Below, piece after piece: positions 40,801 to 52,800 of a stretch of DNA of 64,000 nucleotides (position 1 is its first letter; every line of letters starts with the position of its first letter). The stretch covers positions 5,683,339 through 5,747,338 of the forward strand of contig NC_057749.1 in the NCBI RefSeq assembly GCF_004010195.1. Reading direction: 5' to 3'. The stretch is from Chiloscyllium plagiosum. Lineage: Eukaryota. The position numbers and the translations under genes were made by a program. The notes beneath the pieces are model-generated. The model was given only the letters and a program-made list of their open reading frames with translations. It did not search any database and was not told the origin of the DNA.

Positions 40801-43800
40801 TAGGTCCCTTCTAAATCTTTCCCCTCTCACCTAAAACCTATGCCCTCTAGTTTTGAACTCCCCTACCCTGGGGAAAAGACATTGAGCATTTACCCTATCC
40901 ATCATACTCCTCATCCTCTGATGCTTCAGGGAAAACAGTCTCAGCCTATTCAACCTCTCCCTTTAGCTCAAATCGTCCATCCGTGTCAACATCACTGTAA
41001 GTCTTCTCTGAACCCTTTCAAGTTTCACAACATCTTTCCGATAGCAGGGAGGCCAGAACGGATTCTGGTCTCCAAAGGTTTCCTAACCAATGTCGTGTAC
41101 AGCTGCAATCTGACATCCCAGCTCCTATCCCAGCACTGACCAATAAAGGCATGCATACCAAATGCCTTCTTCACTACCCTATCTACCTGTGACTCTGTTT
41201 TCAAGGAACAATGAAACAGCACTCCAAGGTCTCTTCATTCAGCAACACACACCAGGACCTTACCCTTAATAAGTCCTGTCCTGATTTGCTTTTCCATAAT
41301 GCAGCACCTCACGTTTTTCTGTGAAAATGTAGGAATTCTATAGACATCTCCAAATTTTTAGTCAGCTTACCAAAGTAGACAAATAGCACAGTTCTGTTTT
41401 TGTCACATGGTATTCCCGACATTCCCTGCATTGCTACGTTGCTGATGTTCCGGGGATTTGGTAACTCGGGTTCTTGTACAGCTTCGAGAACTCCGTCAGC
41501 ATAATTGGCAGGCAGTAAGCGTACAAAAGGCACATCTGGATAGAAAGCAGCAACATAATATTTTTGGTGAATGACTTCAAAGCAGACCTCACAAACCTTT
41601 GACAAACATGATGATATAAAGTACAAGTTATAATTTGCAGGCAGGACTGAATAGGTTGGGTTCTTTACTCTAATAAAGTAATAGACATTGGGTGACCTTA
41701 CAGAACCACATTAAAATTAGGAAAGCCTTCGATAGGGCACAGAAGATGTTTCTACTTTCAGGAAGACCAAACTTTGGAGATATAAATGTAGGACGAATCA
41801 AATAAAGTCCAGAAGGGGCTCATTAGGATGGAAGCTGATTAGAGAATCTGAAAAATGAGGGCACAGTTTACCAGGTGAGGGGCTAATCATTTAGAACTAG
41901 ATTGATGAGAAATTTCTTCACTCAAAGGGCTGTTAATCTTTGAAATTCTCTACCATAGAAGGTTGTGAATGTGTTATCTTTGAATATATTAATGGCTGGG
42001 ATAGACACACTGGAAATCAAAGGTCATGGGGAGTGAGTGGGAAAGCAGAGTTGTTTGACCCCAAAGTCAACCATGACCATAATGAATGGGGGAGCATACT
42101 TGATACACCAGATTGTCTATTCCTGCTCCTAGTTCTGATCTTGTGTCTTTGATATTCTTTCACTTACCTCTACCATAAACCTATATTTCTCCAGTTATTG
42201 TTTCCGATGGTTGGGTCATGGACTTCCATTGACATGGTCCACATTTATGGGCTAAGCACAGCAATGGTTTGGGAAATGTCTCCTCAATATGGTTGACCTA
42301 ATGTTTAGAGACTGACAATCAACCTGTTGGATCACATGACAAGTATATCTCCCATGGCCAACAAGTCAGGCACAACAGTCAGAGCATCTGGAATGGACAC
42401 TACTCACCACATCACCTGCTCCAATTTCTTGACAATTACTAATAAATCTAACTGGGAACTGAGTGAAAATATCTTGACCCAGGAAGCCACTACAGTTGGG
42501 AACTCTGTCATATGGTGCAGTTGAGGCAACTGGTAAAGTTAGCTAGATGGCTACTTTGCCATGCAGAGTAATGCCAACAGAGTGGGTTCAATTCCTGCTT
42601 CAGCTGAGGTTACCTTGAAGGATTCTCTTTCTCAACCTCACTCCTCACCTGAGGCATGGTGACCCTAAGGTCAAACCATCACCCATCATCTCTAATGAGA
42701 GAGAGCAGCTCCTATAGTCTGATTAGATTCTGGTGACTTTACCTTTAATTGTCAAAGGGGGAAGCTAGAAAAGAACATGGTAGAACATAAAGAATATGTT
42801 AAGATGAAGTAGGGTTAGAGAAAGTTCATGTGGAGCACGGATATGATGGGCTGAACGGCCTGCTTCTGTGCTGTAAAATTCTACATAATCAATCCTATTA
42901 TTAATAAGTGGCTTAATTGGCATTCTAAACCCTTATTTTACAAACTTACTTCCTGCCACCTTTCTTTCCCAGCTCATTTATTCAAATGATGTGCTATTTT
43001 AAGAACTGCACATTCTGTTTTACGTCTGAAGCAGGTGAGTCCAAATCAAAACTCCAAAAACGTTCTTCCTTTTGCTTCCTTCTCCCCTGAAGGTGTTGAC
43101 TATTTCACTTACGCAATGTCCCAAACACCCCAGTAATCCCTTGCGTTCTCAGCAAAGCTAATGCCAAAAATTCAGGCATGAGTCATGAAAAGTCATTGAG
43201 TTCAGGCAACCTGTCCAACTGTGGCTGACTTTGTACCAAGTCCAATGTTGTCCTCAACCTAGCAGCCGGTGGGCATCGCTAGAGAAATGTTAGGGTTCCA
43301 TATTGACTATTGCTTGCTGCTGCTGAATTACACTCCCTTTCTTCATGTGTGCTCTACTCATGCCAGGTCTTTGGCCTATTCTCTGCGGTTATTTCAACCT
43401 GAGCTGTTTCCTTGGCAGATTTTTTTTTATCAGTGGTAGATCACCATTGCATTCTCAGGGGCAAGGTATGAAGGGAGGTCCCAGCCGGAATACAGGAATC
43501 AAACCCATACTGTTGGTGTCAATCTGAACCATGAGCGAACCAACTTGAGCTAATCCGTCCTTCTCAGAAGATTCTGGGGCCAATACTGTGGTGAAACAGG
43601 CTCCCAGTGAATTGGCTGCCAGTTTTACATCACACCCAATCTTCCTTCCAGAGAATTCCAAGGTATAATAAGCTCACATTCTTTTTGAAGATTTATTTCC
43701 TAGTTTTGCTGTCACTTTTATTTGTACTTCAGGTGGCAAAACAAACCTTGCCAATGTTTTCCAAGGCAGAGGGAAGTCAAAACTGGCAAGGTGAAAATAG

Positions 43801-46800
43801 GCTGCTGACTCACGATGAGTTTGCTTTGATCTCTGGGACTATTTTCACTCCCTCTATTCTAGTGAAAGTGCTCTCTATTTGTTGATATCAGCAAATTCAG
43901 CAAAAATAACAGGGAGTGAAGTCGGAACTCTTCCTCATTTATGTGGTTTAGTGGCTTAGGAACATGACCAAACTGAATGTACTGTCAACTCCATTTTGCT
44001 GTTTGCCCCTCCATAACTCTGAACGCCCTTGTCTATTAAAAAAAAATCTACCACCTGCTTATCCCCAAGGCATGGGAATGGCCGAGTTATTGAGTGATGA
44101 AGCACAGAACACCATTCAGCCCATTGTACCTCCGTCAGCAATTCTATTCACTAGTCAATACCAAACCATTCAATGGTTTCATAAACATTGGCAGTGACAG
44201 ACAAAAAATGTTGCAGCTCAGAGTGTTTCACAATAGATCATAAAATCCCTTAGTGTGAAAGCAGGTCAGTCAGCCCATCAAATCCACACTAACCCTCCAA
44301 AGAGCATCCCACCAAGACCCATCCCCAATCTTATCACCTTACATTTCCTATGGCTAATTCACCTCGCCTTCACATCCCTGGACACTGTAGGCAATTTAGC
44401 ATTGCCAGTCCATCGAACCTTCACATCTTTGGACTGTGGGAGGAAACCGTAGCATCCGGAGAAAACCCATGCAGACCCGGGGAGAATGTGCAAACTCCAC
44501 ATCGACAGTCCCCTAGGATGGGATCAAACCTGGGTCGCTGGCGCTGTGAGGCAGCAGTACTAACTACTGAGCCAATGCTTCATATTTTTACTTTGATGAA
44601 ATAAATAAATGCACAGACATTCGCAAAGATAATAACTATTTAGAGAGACTGGATATACTCAGCGTTTCTGTCAGGTTAATTTGGAGTAAAAGAAATATCC
44701 CTTACCAACAGTACCCCTGCTGTGATGTGCTAGATTATTGTACCATCCATCGTAGCGTTGAACTTCCCAGTTCAATTCCGCACCTAAAGTGGAACAGAAA
44801 TTGTATGATCAATGCTGAAAAGATCTTAGTTAAGAATATATTGCTTAGATTATAATTAATCATAGAATCCATCTACATCCTCATTAAAAACTTTCAGTGA
44901 TCTTCCTCCACAATTCCAGGCAGTCAGACATTCACTGTCCTTTGGGAGGAGAAATTAAAGTCCTCTCATTCTGTAACCATGTCTCCTAGTCTGAGACTCA
45001 CCCACTAGTAAAGACATCTTTTCTACATCTACTCAGTCAAACCCCCTTAAAACCTTGCATGGTTCATCCCCCATTCTTCAAAACTCCGATGAACAAAGGC
45101 CTAACCTGTTTAGCCATTCTTGGTAAGTCAAACTCTTCGATCTGGAAATCAGCCGCAGCAGACTCTTTTGAACTGCTCCAATATCTGTTAATATTATTTT
45201 AAACACAGGCACTGAAACTGTACACTCTAGGTATGGCCTCACCTACACGCTGTACAGTTGTAACAAGACTTTCCTGAATTTAAACACCAGTGCCTTACCA
45301 AAGGCAAAATTTAATTTGCCTTCAGAATTACTCATTATACCTGCATGCTGACTTTTGAAGTCGCCACACAAGAACACCCAGGTCTCTCGCTGATGCACTT
45401 TTTTTGGAGGCTCTCTCTATTTTAATAATAGACTGCTTTTTGATTTTTCTAACCAAAGCGCATGACCTCATACTTTCCTACATTAAACTTCAACCGCCAA
45501 ATTTTATCTACTCCCTCAATCTATCCATTTCCCTTACAGATTCTTTATGTCCTTATCACAACATGTTCTCACACCTATTTTTATATCACAGCTAATTTAG
45601 ATACATTACACTTTGCACCCACTCCAAATCATTAATATAGTTAGTGAATCCTTGAAGTCCCAGGTCTGATTTTTGTGGCACTCCACTTGTTATGCCTTTC
45701 CATCCTAAAAAAGACCCACTAATCCCAACTCTCTATTTTCTGTGAACCAACCAATCCTCAATCCTTGCTAATACATTACCTGCAATACCATGAGCTCCCA
45801 TCTTGTGCAATAACCTTTTATGTAGCACCTTATCAAATGCCTTCTGGAAATCCAAATATACTCTGTTTGCTGGTTTTCCTTTATCAATGCTACCTGCTAT
45901 ATGCTCAAAAAGCGCTAGCTAATTTATCAAACATGATTTCCCTTTCAGAAAATCATTTTGATGATGTTTGAATAATTTAAACTTTTCTAAATGTTCTGCT
46001 CATACTTAATCCTTAATAATGGACTCTACCATTTTCCCAATGACAGATGTTTGGCTAACTGTCCAATAGTTTCCTGATTTCTATCTCCTTCTTTCTTCAA
46101 CAGTGACATTAGATCAATGGATTTCCAATCCACTGGAACCCTTCCAGAATCCAGTGAGCTCTGGAATATTTTGATCAATGCTTCCACTATCTCTCCACTT
46201 CTCAGATAGGCTTCATCTTCACCACATGAGCTGCAGCCCACTAAAAATCAATGAACTGCAGATCAGGTCATAGAATCATAGGATCCTTACAGTATAGAAA
46301 CAGGCCACTTGGCCCAACAAGTCCATACCGACCCTCAGCAGAGTATATCACTCAGACCTGTTCCCCTAGTCCATTACTTTACATTACCCCTGACTAATGC
46401 ACCTAACTTACTCATCCCTGGACACTATGGGCAATTTAGCATGGTCAATTCACCTAACCTGCACATCTTTGGACAGTGGGAGGAAACTGGAGCACTCAGA
46501 AGAAACCCATGCAGACACGGGGAGAATGTGCAAACTCCACACAGACAGAGTCTGGAACTGAACCCGGGTCCCTAGTGCAGTGAGGCAGCAGTGCTAACTG
46601 TTAAGCCGCCATCCTAGAACATCAACCGATCTGACCCACCAGATTAAAACCAAACAATAACAATGAAAGCCAAGACCAATGTATCTAAAAATTGATATAA
46701 TTCTCTCTTTGATGGTAGCCAGGTGCCAAATTTATAATCTAGGAATGAAGCTGAATGTTACACTTGATCCATTCCCCTACATTTATTAGAAATCATCAAA

Positions 46801-49800
46801 TGATGAGTTTGAATTTGGAGTTCAATGTCTGATGTCATGTAGACAACAGCTACAGGTACTTTGCACCATGTCACATCAGGTTAATCTGGAAGACCATGTA
46901 CAGTATTGGGTCTGTTCCTCCTCCTTCTAATTTGTATGTTTATTTATTTCTAATTCATATTTCACAAACATCAAGATGTCCCTCTCTACCTCTTACGATT
47001 CTCAGCTCAATCCTATGTTGTGGCAATGCATATTCAAAGCTATGCTCCTCCCTTTTTGGAAGCAAATTCATCATACATCATGACTGCACTTGCTCAAATT
47101 CTCTACCTAAACCTGACCTCTCATAAAGCCTATCCTTTTACGTTACATGTTTGCATCCTAGTTCAAATCTTCTACTCCATCTCAGTGTCTACCCTTGTCA
47201 GTGTGACAGTTCAGGCAAAACGTCTCTCCCCAGAAACATTAACTTGGCATTTTGGCTTCCAGCTTACTGATGGAGATGTTTTAGATTATCCAGCACTTCT
47301 CATTCCATTTTTGAATATAAGTAGTTCAAGCAAACACTGGCCACACAATTGGGATTCCTCACTGGCTTTGATATAGTCTTCGGCTGTTGGTGGAAGTTAA
47401 AATAACTTCACAGAGGCTGGTATCCTATTACCAAGTCACTCTTTATTTATATGTGCACAGTATTTGACACTGGTCCGCTTTCTCAGAGGCAGCTCAGAGT
47501 GAAGAGAAGCCCCTGATACTCCTGTTTACATCTGTCATCCAGGGCTCCCTGGCTGGACCAGGTTAACAGCCCCAATCTGGGAACTGCTGGCTGATCTCAT
47601 TACATTCATTACAGAGGTTGTGGCAATCTACAAAAGAAAAACTGGTTAAGTAGGTAACACATGAAGTAACATGATCATTTGTCACTCCAATCCTGTGCTA
47701 ATTACTTTCAAACCATTCTTAATTAATTACTTTCCAGCAGCAAAATGCTGCTTTTCATTTCTAGAAACACTCGCAAAAAATCTGGTTGGTCTGGTTGTGA
47801 TGCATGGGGAGAACTTGATTGTAAAACTACTCTGAATAGCCTGTGAACTGAAGAGTGACTCATAGCCAGCAGAATATACAAAGCAACCTTTTTTGGAACA
47901 GTGGCCATGGTGACAGAATTGCTTGAGCAATTCTGTACTTTCCTGAGCTGTTCCCACTGGAGGAATATTAACAACGCCATTCCCCGAGTACCCCAACCCA
48001 TAATTAAAATATGCCTGGCAACAGGCATACCTCAGGCAGAATCAACACCACGAGTAATATATTTAAATTAAAATGACATAATTTCATTGGATTTCTTATC
48101 TCATAGAATATTTAACTCTGCTTTTGCTGTGTTGCTCCTGTGAGCACTTGAGGCATGTATAGGAGAAGAGTTACTTTTCTAGCACTGCGTAAAAGGTGAT
48201 ATCACCATAGTCCCAGAGGGCTGTCTTATCAGACAGGGTTGTGGTATATCCTGGGGGTCACCACATCTCTGGAGAGGGAAAGAGGTTGAGAAGGTGGGAC
48301 CTTCATAGTAACCTCAGCTGAAACGGGGATCAAACCTGTGCAATTGGCATTACTCTGCATCGCAAACCAGCCAACTGAGCTGTCTCTGAGAGAAATATGC
48401 CGAACACCAGCCTCGTTTGATCAAACAGGTCCATAACTCACGGGCCAGACCTGAGACATTCAATATGCTCCACAGCTGGCAAACAGAGACTGAAATGAAC
48501 ACAAATAGCATTTCAAACAAGGTAGGAAGATCCCACTGATATAGATCTACTGGAAAATACCTGCATTTTTATCGCCTTTCACAGATTCAGAACATCCTAA
48601 ACCCTAGTCAGCACCATTTCAATGAGTAGTCACTTTGTAAAGTAGGAAATACAGTAGTCAATTTGCACACAGCATGTCCCCACAAACAACAATGTTGTGA
48701 CGACCAGATAATCCCTTTGAGTGACTTTGGTTGAATTATCGATTGAATTATTGGTTGAACTATTGAACCACTGAATCCCCAGAGTGCAGAAAGAGGCCAT
48801 TTGGCCCATTAAGTCTACAGCAACCCTCTGAAGAGCATCCCATCCAGATTCAGTCCCCACTCTAACCTTGCATTTACCACGACTAACCCATCTAGCCTGC
48901 ATATCCCTGGACACTATGGGGCAATTTAGCATGGCCAATCCACCCTAACCTGCATATCTTTGGACTGTGGGAGGAAACCAAAGCGCTCGGCAGAAACCCA
49001 CGCAGACAGAGGGAGAGTGCACACACTCCAAACAGTCACTCAAATCTGGAATCGCCGCCCAGGTCTCTGGTGCTATGAGGCAACATGCTAATCACTGAGC
49101 CACTGTGCCACCAAACACTGACCGGAATACTGAGGAGCTTGTTGCCAGTTCCTTGAAGCCCAAAATGGTCAAGATGGACTACAATATTCATCATTCTGGT
49201 GTAACTAGAGCAGTCTTGTCGTGTAAAGTTTATTGCATTATAGTGACAATTTACACGAATATGACCTACATTGTTACACAAACTAAAAGGAGGACACAAC
49301 CATCCTTGGCTTATCTCCCAAAATCTCCTTCTTTAGTTTACTACATTACACTACTACTTTCCTCCACTTAATCAAGTGTTAACCCTTCAGACCTGTATGC
49401 ATGATTGTGCTCACCTCCACTAAGTCTTTTTCCCTCACAATTATCACAGCATCATACATTTGTTTCCAGGTTTACAGCTACCATTTTCGAAACGCCTCTC
49501 AAGTCTTTGACTTTATAAAGTCAGTCATACAACCTGGAGGTTTCACTATTCTTCCTGAATATGTTTTCTTCGGACTTGAAATAAAACTATTTGTTCAGCA
49601 GCAAGCAGTTGAGTTTGACTCTCTCCCGGATGGTCTGAGGTCTGTCATTCTCTCTTGAACTGGAAGGTCTTAAACTACTTGTCCCTCATTTAGAGAGGAC
49701 ATCAGTGATGTGCATTTATGCTTTATGTTGATCTGTGCGGTTCCTGCTTTGGCAGGTAGTTTTTTTTTTGTAGAATCTCTCTTTGTCTCTTCTCATTGGT

Positions 49801-52800
49801 AAATTCCATGGAGTTGTATGCAGCACAATGTCACGCTGTGTCAGTGGAATTTGGTTCTCATTCTGCCTGTAGATCTGTGCTGAAGTACACAGATATATTA
49901 CTTCAACTTCTTGAATGTCTTGGACTCTCAGTGATAAACTATTGGTCAAACCAGCTTCTTCATGACCCAATGCAATGACTGGAACCAGGACCAGGTGAAT
50001 CTCATTCACTGTGAGATCCTTGAGTGGGGTTGTTAACTTGGGCCAACTAGGGAGCCCCGGCTGACAGATATAAACAGGAGATTTCATGCAGCATTACCCT
50101 TTGATGTGAAGGGCACTGCTTGTCACTGGCCACTCGGGTGTTTCCTTTCTTCCTGGTGGTAGAAACTGAATAAAGATTTATGCACCTTGTGTCTTTCACT
50201 GTGTCTCACACCTGCACACACACAATATGGGTGCTGGGGACAAAATAAGCACTACTGCAATTAGCCGCTAGTGTGGGGGTAAAATAAGATTAAAAAAAAG
50301 AAAAAAAAGAAAAAGAAAAAAAAAGCAAGAGTATCAGAGGTTCTGTTCTGTCCGAGAAAAAGAAAATAAACAGGAAATTTCACGCAGCATTGCACTTTGA
50401 TGTGAAAGGCACTGCTTGTCACTGGCCACTTGGGTGTTTCTTTTCTTCCTGGTGGTGGAAATTGAATAGATTTGTACACCTTGTGTCTTTCACTGTGTCT
50501 CACACCATCACACACACAACATTGAGTGCTGGGGAAAATAAGCACTACTGCAGTTAGGTGGTAGTGCGGGGGTAAGAAAGAAAGGATAAACAGGAGATTC
50601 GCATGCAGTACTGCCCTTTATCAAGAGGGGCCCTGCTTGTCACTGGCCACTTGGGTGTTTCCCTTTCTTCCTGGTAGTGGAATCTAAAAATTTACACCCC
50701 TTGTTGTTCTTCACTGTATCCGATACCTGCAAACACACGACATTGTGTGCTGAGGAAAAATAAGCACTACCGTAGTTAGGCAGTAGTGCAGAGGAAAGTC
50801 TTAAAAGAAATAAAAAAGTAAAAGAATAAACAGGGGATTCAGAAGGTCTCCTAATTCTCGGGATTGGCTCTGAGCTGGCTGGTCAGAGCCCATAAACGGT
50901 GCACATATAAATAAGGGTTACTCGGTGACTGGATACCAGCCTCTGTTCAGCTAGTTCACTCAGTTTAGGTTACTTGAAGAGATATTCTTGTTAAATGTGA
51001 TTTTTGTTTGTTGGGAAGGCAGATACTTTTCTTGATCTTTGTCCCTTCCTATCAACTCAGTCCCGAAGGAAGACTTGAATTTGAAGAGGATGGTTCTTCA
51101 CTGTGCTGAATTATAATGTGATTCAGGGTAGTAGGTGCTTCTATTGTCTGGTTTGGCTTCTGCTTGAATGGTGCAGACTGTTCAGTTGCTGCCCCTTTGC
51201 TTGCAGTTTTGGAATCTGAATACTCTACTATTTTAATAAAATCATTTCATCCAAACAATTACAATCATAACTTGCTATCTCATTTATGGAATAAACAATA
51301 TTTTTTTTATTGCAATGCAATTAACTTCAGAGGATTCTGCTTTTTGTTTAAGTTCTGCAGCTTGCAAATGTGATTTCTTATTTTATCTTTAAAGGTTTGA
51401 TTGTACTGTAATGGTGCATCTCCTGCATTTTGCTGATGTAGTGAAGGGTAATCCTATGCTGTGTAGCTGCAGTTAATGCTTTCCAGCCTTTCTGAGTCTT
51501 GGTAAGGTGCCTGCTGTGTTCGGTTAAAAATCACGTACATCTTTAAATTGGCCAACAGTTATATGCTTGGTTGGTTGTTTGGTTGACTCCTAATGAAGGG
51601 CTTTTGCCCGAAACGTCGCTTTTCCTGCTCCTCGGATGCTGCCTGACCTGCTGTGCTTTTCCAGCACTACTCTAATCTTGACTCTGATCTCCAGCATCTG
51701 CATGCCTCACTTTCGCCTGGTTGGTTGTTTGGTTAGTTAGCCTTCCAGTCCTAGATTATAAAGGTTTTCTCTTGTAGTTTTCTTAGTTCCATTTTTCTGA
51801 CCCTGTCTCACAACAGTCTCGGCTGTAGGGGCGATATATGGTAATTCAAAACTGCAATATTTTTTAAAAGTTGCTGTTTCTGCCTGAAATACCTTGAAAT
51901 TTAAGACTTCCCCTTTTGTTCAAGGGATTTTTGGTTCGTCTCACGTGATCCTTGACACCTGCTCAATTCACCAGTTCTATGAGGACACGGAATCATTTTC
52001 ACTGACACAATGAGGCCTATACCTCAGTTTTAGAGCCTGTCAGACCAATATACAACAGTGACCGTCCCAGATCCTCTTCAGAGTAGTGTGACATGACTTT
52101 TTACATTAACCTGAAAGAGGACAGATAGTTCCTTTGTTTAAGGTCTCACCTCCTCCCTCACTGCAATATTCCTTCAGTACTCTACCAGAATGTCAGCCTG
52201 GATTTCAAGTCGCAGGTCTTGGGAGTGGGGTTTCTATCCACAACTTTGTGGCTCAGAGACAGGACTGCTTCCAAGAGTGAAGATGACTGATACATTTCTT
52301 TTCATTTTGATACTACATTCCATCATTCAGATGTTAAAGATACAGGAGACATTCACCGGCACCTTACAGTAGCCATGCAGGGTTGTTAAGGAATTATGTT
52401 TATTTAAATGTGATTACAGAAAGATTCAGTCAGCAGTTTTACGATAGTTTCTGAAGTTTTCTTTTCTCTTTTGCTTTGATCACTGCTGGCACGGTGGCTC
52501 AGTGGTTAGCACTGCTGCCTCACAGCAGCAGGGTCCAAGGTATTCCAGCCTCGGGCGACTGTCTGTGTGGAGTTTGCACATTCTCCCAGTGTCTGTGTAG
52601 GTTTTCTCTGGTTTCCTCCCACAGTCCAAAGATGTGCAGGTCAGATGAATTGGCCATGCTAAATTGCCCATAGTGTTAGGTGCATTAGTCAGAGGGAAAT
52701 GGGTCTGGGTAGGTGTGGACTAGTTGGGCCAAAGGACCTGTTTTCAGGTAATCTAATCCATTATGCATTAGTTCCCTTTCCTACTCATGGTAACGTCACT

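Noticed and set aside
47723..48028. Alternative signal-peptide exon ([11 protein letters not shown]...)
   Set aside because: No convincing hydrophobic core or phase-1 donor; 54334-54461 fits much better
50240..50280. Helitron 3' hairpin interpretation of the ~200-bp module
   Set aside because: Followed by an A-rich tail and target duplication rather than a CTRR end in an AT site without TSD
52488..52560. tRNA gene (A/B-box-like head; similar heads at ~8805, 18150 and 25840)
   Set aside because: Continues directly into SINE body and tail; no complete cloverleaf
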